Assembly (NCBI GenBank): GCA_964565945.1
Contig: CAZMGY010000026.1
Coordinates: 30,001-62,000 of the forward strand
Direction: 5' to 3'
DNA: 32,000 nt
Source of the DNA: an uncultured bacterium
GTDB taxonomy: Bacteria > GCA-001730085
A model generated the notes under the pieces. It saw only the letters and a program-made list of their open reading frames with translations. It had not been told where the DNA came from and did not search any database. Position numbers and translations under genes: made by a program. Below, piece by piece: positions 17,571-27,991 of the stretch (positions are counted from its first letter, which is position 1; every line of letters begins with the position of its first letter).

Positions 17571-19058
17571 ATGGGTAACCCGACGGGATTTAAAGAATTT
17601 GATCGACAAACACCAGATTACGTGCCAGTTGAAGAACGTGTTGAACATTTTAATGATTTTATTCAACCGCTATCTTCCGAAGAGCTTAAAAATCAGGCAG
17701 CGCGTTGTATGGATTGTGGCGTCCCTTTTTGTCACAGTGATTATGGTTGTCCTTTGGGCAATATTATTCCTGAGTTCAATGATTATGTGTATCGTGACTG
17801 CTGGGAAGAAGCTTTTCAAAGTTTGCTGTCGACCAACAATTTTCCTGAGTTTACAGGACGTATTTGTCCCGCGCCTTGCGAGTCGGCCTGTGTTCTGGGT
17901 ATTATCAAACCACCTGTGACGATCAAAAATATCGAAGTGTCAATTAGTGATAAAGCCTACGAAATGGGCTATATGAAACCTACTCCTCTGGCACATCGCA
18001 CAGAAAAAAAAGTGGCTGTGATTGGATCGGGTCCCGCAGGATTGGCGGTCGCAGATCAGTTGAACAAAGCTAGGCACTTGGTCACCGTTTTTGAACGTGA
18101 AAATCGCATTGGTGGTTTGTTGATGTATGGCATTCCTAATTTTAAGCTGGAAAAATCAGTAGTTGATCGGCGTGTTAAGTTGATGGAAGAAGGAGGCATT
18201 AGGTTTCAAACCAATGCCAATGTAGGCGTTAATGTTGATGTGGCAGACCTCAAAAAGGATTTCGATGCGATTGTTTTGGCTGGTGGATCGACCGAAGCAC
18301 GTGACTTACCGATTGAAGGGCGTGATGCCGATGGTATTTATGTGGCAATGACTTTTTTAACCCAAAACACCAAACGTGTTTTGGGCGAAAAGATTCCTAA
18401 GGATCAAGAGATTTTGGCCACAGATAAGCACGTGATTGTGATCGGCGGTGGGGATACGGGCTCGGACTGTGTGGGGACGTCGATTCGTCAAAAAGCCGCT
18501 TCGGTGACTCAAATTGAATTGATGTCGCAACCTCCTGAAGAGAGAGATGCAACGATGCCTTGGCCTTTGTATCCACGTATTTTTCGCATTTCGAGCTCTC
18601 AAGCCGAAGGATGTGACCGTGACTTTGCGGTGTTAACCAAAAAATTTATTAAAAATGACCAGGGTCAAGTGACAGATTTGAGCTGTGTGCGGATTGAGTT
18701 GGAAACACCCGAGCCTGGACAAAGACCTGGTTTTAAAGAAGTGGAAGGTTCCGAGTTTGTGCTTAAAGCCGACCTTGTTCTTTTGGCGATGGGTTTTGTT
18801 CATCCTGAGCACAAAGGTCTTTTGGAGCATTTGGGCGTGGAGAAAGATGAGCGTGGTAATGTGAAAGCTGACGGTCAATACGCCACAAGTGAAGGTGGTG
18901 TTTTTGTAGCGGGAGATATGCATCGAGGTCAGTCCTTAGTGGTTTGGGCGATTTCAGAAGGACGTGAATGTGCTTACCATGTTGATGAGTTCCTGATGGG
19001 GCATAAGTCGCGCCTTTACCAAAAAAACCATTCATTTTCGGAGCAAAAAGCAGTATAG
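17571..19058 (+). CDS. gltD: Glutamate synthase small subunit (NAD(P)H-dependent)
   Basis: Fe-S cysteine clusters CMDCGVPFCH and CPAPCESAC. Dinucleotide fold VAVIGSGPAGLAVADQL and a second fold VIVIGGGDTGSDC. Located 24 nt after gltB. Confidence 0.93.
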   Translation: MGNPTGFKEFDRQTPDYVPVEERVEHFNDFIQPLSSEELKNQAARCMDCGVPFCHSDYGCPLGNIIPEFNDYVYRDCWEEAFQSLLSTNNFPEFTGRICPAPCESACVLGIIKPPVTIKNIEVSISDKAYEMGYMKPTPLAHRTEKKVAVIGSGPAGLAVADQLNKARHLVTVFERENRIGGLLMYGIPNFKLEKSVVDRRVKLMEEGGIRFQTNANVGVNVDVADLKKDFDAIVLAGGSTEARDLPIEGRDADGIYVAMTFLTQNTKRVLGEKIPKDQEILATDKHVIVIGGGDTGSDCVGTSIRQKAASVTQIELMSQPPEERDATMPWPLYPRIFRISSSQAEGCDRDFAVLTKKFIKNDQGQVTDLSCVRIELETPEPGQRPGFKEVEGSEFVLKADLVLLAMGFVHPEHKGLLEHLGVEKDERGNVKADGQYATSEGGVFVAGDMHRGQSLVVWAISEGRECAYHVDEFLMGHKSRLYQKNHSFSEQKAV

Positions 19059-19076
19059 CTGGGGGATGGAAAACAT

Positions 19077-20174
19077 ATGGAAACCACCAAAGCGTTAGTG
19101 GTTTTAGAGGATGGATTTGTCTTTGAAGGCGAGTCTATTAGTGTATCTGGAGAGATCTGTGGCGAAATGGTTTTCAATACCTCAATGACGGGGTATCAGG
19201 AAATTCTGACCGATCCGTCTTATGCGGGGCAAATTGTTACGATGACCTATCCTTTGATCGGTAATTATGGTGTCAATGCAGAGGATGTGGAATCCGATCG
19301 GGTTCAAGTGCGTGGTTTTCTTATGAAGGAATACAGCGAAATTTATTCCAATCATCGAGCCACGCAAAGCTTAGCTGATTATTTGAAAGAAAATAATATT
19401 TTAGCGGTGCAAGGCATTGACACGCGTAAGCTCACCAAGCATTTGCGTGAAAAGGGTGCTATGCGAGGGATTATCTCGACCGAGGATTCGGACATAAATT
19501 TCTTGCTTGCCAAGGTGCAATCATCTCCGTTGATGGAAGGCCAAGACTTTGTTCAACACGTGACGACTGATAAGTCTTATGTGGTTGAAGCGCAAGGGGA
19601 CAAAAACTACACGGTCGCGGCTCTCGATTGTGGAATTAAGCGCAATATTCTTCGTATTTTTAGCGAAATGGGCTGTGAGGTTCATGTGTTTCCCGCCCGT
19701 GCAACGGTTGATGATTTGTTAGGTGTTAGTCCTGATGGCTTTTTTATTTCCAATGGGCCTGGTGATCCTGCGGCTGTGACATATGCTGTCGAAACAATTA
19801 GAAAGTTGTTGGGGGAAAAGCCTATGTTTGGTATTTGTTTGGGGCATCAAATTTTGTCGCTGGCTTTAGGGAAAACAACCTATAAGCTTAAGTTTGGCCA
19901 TCGCGGAGCCAATCATCCTGTGCAAGATGTAAGCAATGGTCAAGTGGCCATTTCGTCGCAAAACCACGGGTTTTGTGTTCACTCAGAGACACTCAAAAGC
20001 GATGAAGTTCAGGTCAGTCATTGGAATCTTAATGACAAAACGGTGGCGGGGATTCGTCATATGAAATGGCCGGTTCTGGCGGTGCAGTATCATCCCGAAG
20101 CTTCTCCGGGACCTCAAGAAGCTCGGGTGCTGTTTGAAGAATTTATGGAAATGATGGACAACGAACGCATCTAA
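19077..20174 (+). CDS. carA: Carbamoyl-phosphate synthase small (glutaminase) subunit
   Basis: FNTSMTGYQEILTDPSYAGQIV in the N-domain. Class I amidotransferase motifs GICLGHQ and QYHPEASPGPQ. Confidence 0.95.
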   Translation: METTKALVVLEDGFVFEGESISVSGEICGEMVFNTSMTGYQEILTDPSYAGQIVTMTYPLIGNYGVNAEDVESDRVQVRGFLMKEYSEIYSNHRATQSLADYLKENNILAVQGIDTRKLTKHLREKGAMRGIISTEDSDINFLLAKVQSSPLMEGQDFVQHVTTDKSYVVEAQGDKNYTVAALDCGIKRNILRIFSEMGCEVHVFPARATVDDLLGVSPDGFFISNGPGDPAAVTYAVETIRKLLGEKPMFGICLGHQILSLALGKTTYKLKFGHRGANHPVQDVSNGQVAISSQNHGFCVHSETLKSDEVQVSHWNLNDKTVAGIRHMKWPVLAVQYHPEASPGPQEARVLFEEFMEMMDNERI

Positions 20175-20231
20175 TTTGAGAGATGTTCGCAGGCCGATAA
20201 CGTCTTAATTATTAATGAGGAAGCATGCCAA

Positions 20232-23200
20232 ATGCCAAAGAGAACAGACATTCAGAAAATTTTAATCATTGGATCAGGTCCTATTGTGATTGGTCAAGCC
20301 TGTGAATTTGATTATTCGGGAACTCAGGCATGTAAGGCTCTTCGCGAAGAAGGGTACGAAGTTGTTTTGGTGAACTCCAATCCAGCCACGATTATGACTG
20401 ATCCTGAATTGGCTGACCACACCTATATTGAACCGATCGAAGCTTCGGTTATGTCCAAGATTATCGAAAAAGAACGTCCCGATGCTTTGCTTCCGACACT
20501 TGGTGGGCAAACAGGTCTCAATGTGGCAATGCGATTGGTGGAGTCGGGGGTTTTAGACAAATTTGATGTCAAAATGATTGGAGCGAATGCCGCTGCGATT
20601 AAAAAAGCTGAAGATCGCGAACGTTTCAAAGAAGCCATGGAAAGTATTGGTTTAGAATTAGCCAAAAGTTTTTTTGCCTACAATATGGATGATGCACGCA
20701 AAATTGCTGAGAAAATGGGCTTTCCTTGCATTATTCGCCCCAGCTATACACTTGGAGGCCGTGGCGGAGGGATTGCAACCTCAATGGAAGAATTTGAAAA
20801 AATAGCCGCCTTAGGTTTAGAAAGTAGCCGTATTCAGAAAATATCGATCGAAGAATCCATTTTAGGTTGGAAAGAATACGAGCTTGAGGTCATGCGTGAC
20901 ACTAAGGACAATGTTGTGATCGTTTGTTCAATCGAAAACTTGGATCCGATGGGGGTTCACACGGGCGATAGCATTACCGTAGCACCAGTGCAAACTTTAA
21001 CTGATGTTGAGTATCAAGAGATGCGCAATGCAGCCATTGCTATCATTCGTGAAATTGGGGTTGAAACAGGGGGTTCCAATGTTCAGTTTGCCCTTAATCC
21101 TAAAGATGGTCGTTTGATTGTGATAGAGATGAACCCGCGTGTGTCACGTTCTTCGGCATTAGCCAGTAAAGCGACAGGTTTTCCGATTGCTAAAATTGCG
21201 GCCAAATTGGCCGTTGGTTATACCTTGGATGAACTTCAAAACGATATCACTCGCAAAACTCCTGCGTGTTTTGAACCGACCATTGATTATTGCGTGATCA
21301 AAATTCCTCGGTTCACTTTTGAAAAATTTCCCGAAGCAGGTGATGCCTTGGGGATTTCGATGAAGTCGGTAGGAGAAACTATGGCAATTGGGCGAACTTT
21401 TAAGGAGTCTTTGCAAAAAGGTTTGCGTGGTTTAGAGATTGGGCACTATGGTTTGGATAATAAGTTGGACTTTCGTGAGATTGATCTGGAGAAGTTGATG
21501 GATCGTTTAACCGTGCCGAATGCTTCCCGTATTTTCTATTTAAAGTATGCTTTCCAAGGAGGGATGACGGTTGAGGACTTGGCTGAGCATACCAAAATTG
21601 ATCCTTGGTTTTTGCATAACATCAAGCAAATTGTTGACTTGGAAAATCTTATCGTGCAAGAGTATCAAGGTTCAGAGACATTAAGTCGAGCGACTTTGCA
21701 AAAAGCTAAAGAGTATGGATTTGGCAATTATCAGCTGTCATTGTTGTTGGACGTTTCGGAAAATGAAGTGAGGCGTCTTTTTAAGGATGAGGGTGTTCAG
21801 GTCGTTTATAAGTTGGTGGATACCTGTGCTGCCGAATTTGAAGCTTACACCCCTTATTATTATTCTACGTATGAAGACGAAGATGAGGCTAAAAAGTCCG
21901 ATAACAAGAAAGTGGTTATTTTAGGTGGGGGGCCTAATCGGATTGGTCAGGGAATTGAATTTGATTATTGTTGCTGTCATGCCGCGTTTGCATTGAAAGA
22001 TTTGGGTTACGAGTCAATTATGGTGAATTCGAATCCCGAGACAGTGTCGACGGATTATGATACATCTGACCGATTGTACTTTGAGCCACTCACCTTTGAA
22101 GATGTCATGAACATTATGAACGTAGAAAAGCCAGATGGTGTGATTATTCAGTTTGGTGGGCAAACACCACTCAACTTGGCACGTCAGCTGGAAGATGCTG
22201 GTGTTCCTATTATTGGAACTAAAGTTGCCTCGATTGAAGTAGCTGAATGTCGCGAACAGTTTGCCGCTATGATGGATAAGTTGGGGATTCGCCAGCCGAA
22301 AAATGGGATTGCGTATTCCCTAAATGAAGCGTTCAAACAAGCGCAAGAGATTGGATTTCCATTGTTGGTTCGTCCGTCTTATGTGTTAGGTGGGCGCGCA
22401 ATGAGAATTCTTTATTCCAAAGATGAGTTAAAAGATTTTTTTGACGAAGCCAAACAAGCCTCCAAAGAGGGGTCTGTGCTGATTGATCAGTTCTTAGAGT
22501 CGGCCATCGAGGTGGATGTGGACGCTTTGAGCGATGGGGAGGATTGTTTTGTGGTTGGCATTATGGAGCATATTGAGGGGGCTGGGATTCATTCTGGTGA
22601 TTCGGCCTGTGTATTACCTAGCCAAACTTTGAGCACAGAAATTTTAGAAGAGATTGAGGTGTCCACCAAGAATATAGCTAAAAAGCTTAATGTGATTGGT
22701 TTGCTTAATATTCAATTTGCGGTACGCAACAAGCAGCTCTATATTATCGAAGTAAATCCCCGCGCTTCGCGAACTGTGCCTTTTGTGAGCAAAATGACAG
22801 GCAATCCTTTGGCTAAAAAAGCCATTAAGCTTATGCTTGGAGCTAAACTGAAGGACTTAACTTTGCACCCCGCGATCCCTAACGGATATGTGGGCATTAA
22901 AGAATCTGTGTTGCCATTTTCCCGTTTCTCTGGGGTTGATATTGTGTTGGGACCAGAGATGAAATCGACTGGAGAAGTGATGGGAATTGCGGCTACTTAT
23001 GGAGAAGCCTTTGCCAAAGCTCAAATGGCGGCTGGACAATACTTGCCCAAAAAAGGTTTTGTCTTTGTGAGTGTGAATGATCACGACAAAGAGGGGATTA
23101 TTCCGGTGGCGCAGAAGCTAGAGGATTTAGGTTTTCAAATATTATCAACGCCAGGGACAGCTCGTGTGATTAAGCAAGCGGGTGTTAAGGTTCGTGAGAT

Positions 23201-23453
23201 TTCTTCGATCACGCCTGACAAAGAGGATTTGTTGGATATGATTGAAAAAGGTAAAATTCGCTTAGTTATCAATACCCCCTCGGGGCAGAAAAGCCAGACG
23301 GATATGAAAAAAATTCGAGCCAGTGCGGTGATGCATGATATTCCTTCGATCACAACCATTCAAGGCGCGTGCGCCGCGATTAAGGCAATCGAACATATCA
23401 AGCAAAATGATATCTGCGTTAAGACTATCCAGGAGTACCATTCCGTTTTGTAG
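20232..23453 (+). CDS. carB: Carbamoyl-phosphate synthase large subunit
   Basis: 1073 aa. It has duplicated ATP-grasp halves ([19 protein letters not shown] and [37 protein letters not shown] and [18 protein letters not shown]). A C-terminal MGS-like allosteric domain is also present. Confidence 0.97.
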   Translation: MPKRTDIQKILIIGSGPIVIGQACEFDYSGTQACKALREEGYEVVLVNSNPATIMTDPELADHTYIEPIEASVMSKIIEKERPDALLPTLGGQTGLNVAMRLVESGVLDKFDVKMIGANAAAIKKAEDRERFKEAMESIGLELAKSFFAYNMDDARKIAEKMGFPCIIRPSYTLGGRGGGIATSMEEFEKIAALGLESSRIQKISIEESILGWKEYELEVMRDTKDNVVIVCSIENLDPMGVHTGDSITVAPVQTLTDVEYQEMRNAAIAIIREIGVETGGSNVQFALNPKDGRLIVIEMNPRVSRSSALASKATGFPIAKIAAKLAVGYTLDELQNDITRKTPACFEPTIDYCVIKIPRFTFEKFPEAGDALGISMKSVGETMAIGRTFKESLQKGLRGLEIGHYGLDNKLDFREIDLEKLMDRLTVPNASRIFYLKYAFQGGMTVEDLAEHTKIDPWFLHNIKQIVDLENLIVQEYQGSETLSRATLQKAKEYGFGNYQLSLLLDVSENEVRRLFKDEGVQVVYKLVDTCAAEFEAYTPYYYSTYEDEDEAKKSDNKKVVILGGGPNRIGQGIEFDYCCCHAAFALKDLGYESIMVNSNPETVSTDYDTSDRLYFEPLTFEDVMNIMNVEKPDGVIIQFGGQTPLNLARQLEDAGVPIIGTKVASIEVAECREQFAAMMDKLGIRQPKNGIAYSLNEAFKQAQEIGFPLLVRPSYVLGGRAMRILYSKDELKDFFDEAKQASKEGSVLIDQFLESAIEVDVDALSDGEDCFVVGIMEHIEGAGIHSGDSACVLPSQTLSTEILEEIEVSTKNIAKKLNVIGLLNIQFAVRNKQLYIIEVNPRASRTVPFVSKMTGNPLAKKAIKLMLGAKLKDLTLHPAIPNGYVGIKESVLPFSRFSGVDIVLGPEMKSTGEVMGIAATYGEAFAKAQMAAGQYLPKKGFVFVSVNDHDKEGIIPVAQKLEDLGFQILSTPGTARVIKQAGVKVREISSITPDKEDLLDMIEKGKIRLVINTPSGQKSQTDMKKIRASAVMHDIPSITTIQGACAAIKAIEHIKQNDICVKTIQEYHSVL

Positions 23454-23534
23454 CATTCTTCATTAGAAGATCTTTACTCTTTTAACAAAATCAGGTACTA
23501 TGTGGTTCGCTTTAAAACAGTGGGGTGTGTGTGA

Positions 23535-24545
23535 ATGATTGAAGTTTCTCATGTCAGCAAAGAGTTTAACGGTGTAACGGTCATTGACAACATTGATTTT
23601 GTGGTTGATTCCAGGCAAATGGTTGGTTTTTTGGGTACTAATGGCGCTGGCAAAACAACCACTATGCGCATGATTGTGGGGTACCTTAAGCCGAGTCAGG
23701 GGACAATGCGGGTTGCTGGGCATGATGTTGTCGAAGAACCTTTGGAGGTCAAGAAGAATATTGGCTATTTGGCCGAACACAATCCTTTGTACACCGAATT
23801 GCGCGTACATGAATATCTTAAGTTTCGTGCCGAATTAAAAGGCGTTTCCAAGTCCAACATTCGCGCGCGTGTGGCAGATGTGCTAGATAAGTGCTGGATT
23901 AACGATGTGGAGCATCGTATTATTGGACAGTTGTCCAAGGGGTATCGTCAGCGTGTTGGTTTAGCCGACGCTCTGATTCATAATCCTGATGTCCTTATCT
24001 TGGATGAGCCCACCAGTGGTCTGGATCCTTACCAGATTATTAAAACGCGTGAATTGATTAAATCGCTTGCTGATGAGCACACCATTTTGTTTTCGTCTCA
24101 TATTTTGCCAGAGGTCGAAATGTTGTGCGACACTATTATGATTATCAAGAACGGTCAAATTGTGGCCCAAGGAACTGCTGAGGAACTCAAACAGTCGGCT
24201 CGGACGCATCCTCAAGTTAATTTGGTTATTGAGGGGTCTGTCGCAGACGATATGAAGAATTTGCTAAGTCAGATAAAAGATGTGATTCAAGTGATCCATC
24301 GCGGAGCTCACGCGCAGGGGGAGCGATTTGAGTTGGTTCTTGAGGATGGCAGTGATGTGCAAAAAGATATTTTTCAGTTGGTCAGTGAACAATCCTGGAC
24401 GATTGTTCAGATGAGTTCTGGCGAAACGCGTTTGGAAGATCTGTTTGTACAAATCACGATGAACGAAACTACGATGGATGTTCTCAATAATTCACCAGAA
24501 AATCTCCCAAAAAATTTCGAAGATAGTGAGGACGATGCATCATGA
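23535..24545 (+). CDS. ABC transporter ATP-binding protein (ABC-2/GldA-like subfamily) with an acidic C-terminal tail
   Basis: Walker A GTNGAGKTT, signature LSKGYRQRVGLA, Walker B LILDEPTSGLD and H-loop SSHIL. The stop overlaps the next start (ATGA at 24542-24545). Confidence 0.9.
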   Translation: MIEVSHVSKEFNGVTVIDNIDFVVDSRQMVGFLGTNGAGKTTTMRMIVGYLKPSQGTMRVAGHDVVEEPLEVKKNIGYLAEHNPLYTELRVHEYLKFRAELKGVSKSNIRARVADVLDKCWINDVEHRIIGQLSKGYRQRVGLADALIHNPDVLILDEPTSGLDPYQIIKTRELIKSLADEHTILFSSHILPEVEMLCDTIMIIKNGQIVAQGTAEELKQSARTHPQVNLVIEGSVADDMKNLLSQIKDVIQVIHRGAHAQGERFELVLEDGSDVQKDIFQLVSEQSWTIVQMSSGETRLEDLFVQITMNETTMDVLNNSPENLPKNFEDSEDDAS

Positions 24546-26653
24546 TGGCTTTGTTCAAAAAAGAATTGCGGACACTGTTTTGTTCCCCTCTTGCCTATGC
24601 GGTTGCCGCGGCTTTTGCCACTATGAACGGTTATGTTTTTTGGATGCTTTTGAACTTATTGGCTCAACCGATGGGGCAGGTGCAAGCAGAGTTACTTAAC
24701 CTCTATTTTGGAGGAACTTTCTTTTTTTGGTTATCTCTAACAGCTATGGTGCCTTTAATCACCATGCGCCTTATCAGTGAGGAGAAACATAGCGGTTCTA
24801 TTGAGTTGCTCATTACGGTGCCTATCACCGATACACAGATTGTGATGGCTAAGTTTTGGAGTGTCTTGATATTTTATCTTTTCTTGTGGGCTCCAAGCTT
24901 TATTTACACATTGGTTACCATGTCCTTAGGTTCTTTTGATTGGGGTATTTGGTTGTTGTGTTTAGTGGGTGTTGTGTTGGCTGGGGCGATGCTTTTGAGT
25001 TTGGGTTTAATGTGTTCGGCTTTTTTTAGCCATCAATTGTTGGCAGGAGTGATGGCGTTTGGTTTTTTGATGGTCTATTTTTTATTTGGATTTGCTGAGA
25101 TATTCGGAGCTGTTACGCCCTTAAGGACGTTTATGGAGCTCACGTGGCTTCTTTCGATTTTTGAACAGCTGGGGTCGGGTCAATTGAAATCGAAACATGT
25201 GATTTATCTCGTTTCCATGACCTGGTTACATTTGTATGTGGCGGTGCAAGCTTTGAGGAATCTTCCGATGGAGAAGCTAAAGATTAAGCGTATTTTATTA
25301 GCACTTGTGGTGATTGTTCTAATCAATTACCTGGGGTTGTTTTACAATCAATCTTATGACCTAACCCGTGATCACTTGTTTAGTTTGAGTGACAAAACAC
25401 ATAATGTCTTAGAAAGCTTGGATGAAGATGTGGATATAGTGGTCTTTCTGCAGCGTACCAATGTATTGTATGGCAAGGTGAAAGAATTGTTGGAGCGTTA
25501 TCAGGACGAGTCTTCGCTTATTCGGGTAACCTATGTGGATCCCGTGAAAGATCTGGCACAAACCAAAATTTTATCTTCCAAATATGGCGTGGAGTTTCAG
25601 GAAGAAATGATACTTGTGCATCATAAGTATCGGACTAAGTTGGTTCCGCAACGAGATGTCGCCATTTATGATTATTCGACGGTTTACTCAGGCATGCCAC
25701 CTCAGTTAAAGAGCTTTGCCGGTGAGGCGACGATTACGGGAGCGATCCTTAACTTGCAACAAACCAATAAAAATAGAGTTTACTTTTTAACAGGTCATGG
25801 CGAGAAAAGTCTTAATGATTCAGGACCAGAAGGCTTGAGTGAATTGCATACCGTGCTTAAAAAAGATAATCTGGAAATGGCTCCTTTGCACTTGGTGGGC
25901 TTGAAAGACTTGCCCGAAGATCTCAAATGTTTGGTAATTGCGGGACCAAGCCACCGTTTATCGGATGAAGAGTTAGCTTTTCTTAAACAATTTATCGAGG
26001 ATGGAGGGCGTTTGCTCTGCATGATTGATGCCAGTATCGAGAGCAACTTGGTCGAATTTCTTAAGTCCTATGGTATCGATGTTGCCGATAATATTATTCT
26101 TGACCCTCAAAGGAAGCAGGCCAACACCACGATTTTTAATTTGTTCACATGGGAATACGAACCTCATCTCATCACCGAAAAAATGGTGAATATTTACACA
26201 GATTTTCTTTTGGCCCGCTCAGTTTCGGTAGGGAATGCCAATCACTTTCAATTGCAGGTTTTGACGCGTTCGTCGAGTGAATCCTGGGGAGAAGTCGACT
26301 ATCAGGTGATACCGTATGCCTATGAGAAGGGCAAAGATCTTGCGGGACCTCTTTCGGTAGGTGTTGTGGGGGAAGATCCCCACACTAAGGCGAAACTTGT
26401 GGTTTTGGGCGATAGTGATTTTGTGTGCAATCAGTTTATCCCCGTCGGTGGTAACAAATACTTTTTTATGAACACCTTGCATTGGTTGTTGGATCAAGAT
26501 GAGTTGATTAGCATTCCTCCAAAAGATATCGTTTCGATGAGCTTGCCGTTGACACAGCGCCATTTGTATTGGTTCTTTATCTTGTTTGTTGTGTTTATGC
26601 CTTTGACATGGGGTGTGTTAGGGGGTATTGTGTATTTTGTGAGACGAAAGTAA
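24542..26653 (+). CDS. Fusion of an ABC-2 (GldF-like) permease and a GldG-like ABC auxiliary domain, with a C-terminal membrane anchor
   Basis: The N-terminal ~240 aa are polytopic (MMALFKKELRTLFCSPLAYAVAAAF..., typical of GldF/ABC-2 permeases). Next comes a TM helix followed by YDLTRDHLFSLSDKTHNVLESLDEDVDIVVFL, which resembles the start of GldG. The protein ends in the anchor LYWFFILFVVFMPLTWGVLGGIVYFVRRK. Confidence 0.8.
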   Translation: MMALFKKELRTLFCSPLAYAVAAAFATMNGYVFWMLLNLLAQPMGQVQAELLNLYFGGTFFFWLSLTAMVPLITMRLISEEKHSGSIELLITVPITDTQIVMAKFWSVLIFYLFLWAPSFIYTLVTMSLGSFDWGIWLLCLVGVVLAGAMLLSLGLMCSAFFSHQLLAGVMAFGFLMVYFLFGFAEIFGAVTPLRTFMELTWLLSIFEQLGSGQLKSKHVIYLVSMTWLHLYVAVQALRNLPMEKLKIKRILLALVVIVLINYLGLFYNQSYDLTRDHLFSLSDKTHNVLESLDEDVDIVVFLQRTNVLYGKVKELLERYQDESSLIRVTYVDPVKDLAQTKILSSKYGVEFQEEMILVHHKYRTKLVPQRDVAIYDYSTVYSGMPPQLKSFAGEATITGAILNLQQTNKNRVYFLTGHGEKSLNDSGPEGLSELHTVLKKDNLEMAPLHLVGLKDLPEDLKCLVIAGPSHRLSDEELAFLKQFIEDGGRLLCMIDASIESNLVEFLKSYGIDVADNIILDPQRKQANTTIFNLFTWEYEPHLITEKMVNIYTDFLLARSVSVGNANHFQLQVLTRSSSESWGEVDYQVIPYAYEKGKDLAGPLSVGVVGEDPHTKAKLVVLGDSDFVCNQFIPVGGNKYFFMNTLHWLLDQDELISIPPKDIVSMSLPLTQRHLYWFFILFVVFMPLTWGVLGGIVYFVRRK

Positions 26654-27991
26654 GTGATTAAACAAATATCCTCCCAGAAGCTTTTGCTCGTTTGTATTGG
26701 AGTGCTTGCAGTATGGGTTGGATTGGTTCATCAAACATCGTCCCGCCGTGTGACCGATCTTCCTAATCAAATTCTTAAGATTAATTCCGATAATATCCTG
26801 CGCTTCGAAATCGATGCTTTTGCAGGAAAGTATGTTGTGGCCAGGGAACCTGGGCAAGACTGGGCTTTGGTTGCCCCCTATAAGGCTGTGATTGAACAAA
26901 AGTTTTTCAACGTTTTGGCGCTTGTATTTAACCCTCTAGTGGTTGAGCGGATCGTGGAAGATGAGCCCAGTGCTAAGGATTTAAAAACCTATGGCTTAGA
27001 CCAAGCTCTATTGTCGATGGACATTGTGACTCAGAGTGATCGCTGGACCATGTTGGTCGGGAGATTGGCGCTCACAGGCGATGTCTATTATGTCAAATTT
27101 AAGCATTTGCCTCAGATTTTTCTGGTATCCCTAAACGTGGTCTTAGATATCTTTCGTGAGGCGCCTCGCTTGCAGATAACTAAGCTTTTCCCTAAGGAGA
27201 TGGAGGGCGTGGAGTTGCTGCGTTGGGTGAATGAGGATCACGAAATTTTTGAAATCGAGAAGGCCGAAGAAGGGTGGTGCCTTAAGCAACCCTTTGATTA
27301 TGCTCTTGATGTCGACAAAATTCAGCAGTTGCTCACCGATTTGGGGCACCTTGAATTTAGACCCGAATTGTTTGAAACGGATGTGGATTTTTCATCACCG
27401 CATCTGAGAATCGAATTTAAAATAGAAGGGGAGACGACTCTTAAGACCATTGTGTTGGCTAAACTTGAGCCGCAACATGAAGCTTATCCGATTCGGGTGC
27501 CTACTTCCGATAAAGTTCACTTGTTTAGCCAGTCTTTTGTAGAGGAATTTCTTTTTGATCCCTATCCGTTGATGAGTACACAGGTCTATCCTTTTATTAA
27601 TGGTGATATCGAGCACTTAGAGGTGCGATCCTTAGGAGAACTTCGTTGGAAGGCCCAGCAAAATAAAGAATTTTTTTGGGAGCTATGGCAGGACGAGGAA
27701 GTACGATTTTTTCCGAACCATAGGTTTTATTTGTTTCTAACCATACTGGAAAATGATATGGCTGTGCGCCATGTTAGGCGGGAGGAGGAACTTTTCGAAG
27801 GGGAACCAACCTTACAAATCAAAGTGACTCTACGCAATCAGCACGAATATGTTTATACCTATTATCACCGCCATCAGCAATGGTTTTTGCGTTTGAACGG
27901 CGACATTTTGGAAATGAACAATAATGGCTTTGAACATTCGTTAGCAACTTTAGATGATCTAAAAGGGAGCGATCCTAATGCTCCATCCTGA
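26654..27991 (+). CDS. DUF4340-like membrane-anchored protein (usual companion of GldG-type ABC systems)
   Basis: The GTG start directly follows the upstream TAA with a 0-nt gap. N-terminal TM helix LLLVCIGVLAVWVGLV. The pattern ...DWALVAPYKAVIEQKFFNVLALVFNPLVVERIV...LKTYGLDQALLSMDIV... matches my recollection of DUF4340 repeats, and the position after GldG fits. Confidence 0.6.
   Translation: MIKQISSQKLLLVCIGVLAVWVGLVHQTSSRRVTDLPNQILKINSDNILRFEIDAFAGKYVVAREPGQDWALVAPYKAVIEQKFFNVLALVFNPLVVERIVEDEPSAKDLKTYGLDQALLSMDIVTQSDRWTMLVGRLALTGDVYYVKFKHLPQIFLVSLNVVLDIFREAPRLQITKLFPKEMEGVELLRWVNEDHEIFEIEKAEEGWCLKQPFDYALDVDKIQQLLTDLGHLEFRPELFETDVDFSSPHLRIEFKIEGETTLKTIVLAKLEPQHEAYPIRVPTSDKVHLFSQSFVEEFLFDPYPLMSTQVYPFINGDIEHLEVRSLGELRWKAQQNKEFFWELWQDEEVRFFPNHRFYLFLTILENDMAVRHVRREEELFEGEPTLQIKVTLRNQHEYVYTYYHRHQQWFLRLNGDILEMNNNGFEHSLATLDDLKGSDPNAPS

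Noticed and set aside
17539-17919. Plus-strand alternative-frame ORFs (17539-17919, 27991-28371, 7632-7940, 8120-8377)
   Set aside because: They overlap gltD, the PP2C gene, ychJ/uvrA and uvrA out of frame. The overlapped genes carry clear family motifs and these ORFs carry none.
20232-23453. Internal sequence duplications within carB and uvrA
   Set aside because: These are the well-known ancient intragenic duplications (two ATP-grasp halves, two ABC modules), not novel repeats.
23456-23501. Weak hairpin after carB (ttctc... tcttc-atta-gaaga, about 23457-23470) and a TTTACT-17-TACTAT promoter-like pair (23473-23501) upstream of the ABC operon
   Set aside because: The stem is only 5 bp with 2 GC pairs. 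Both promoter hexamers match the consensus at only 4 of 6 positions. This is too weak to annotate as a feature.
23463-23810. 115-aa minus-strand ORF that reaches into the carB/ABC intergenic gap
   Set aside because: Most of it is antisense to the Walker-A-containing N-terminus of the ABC ATPase. There is no RBS and no recognisable motif.
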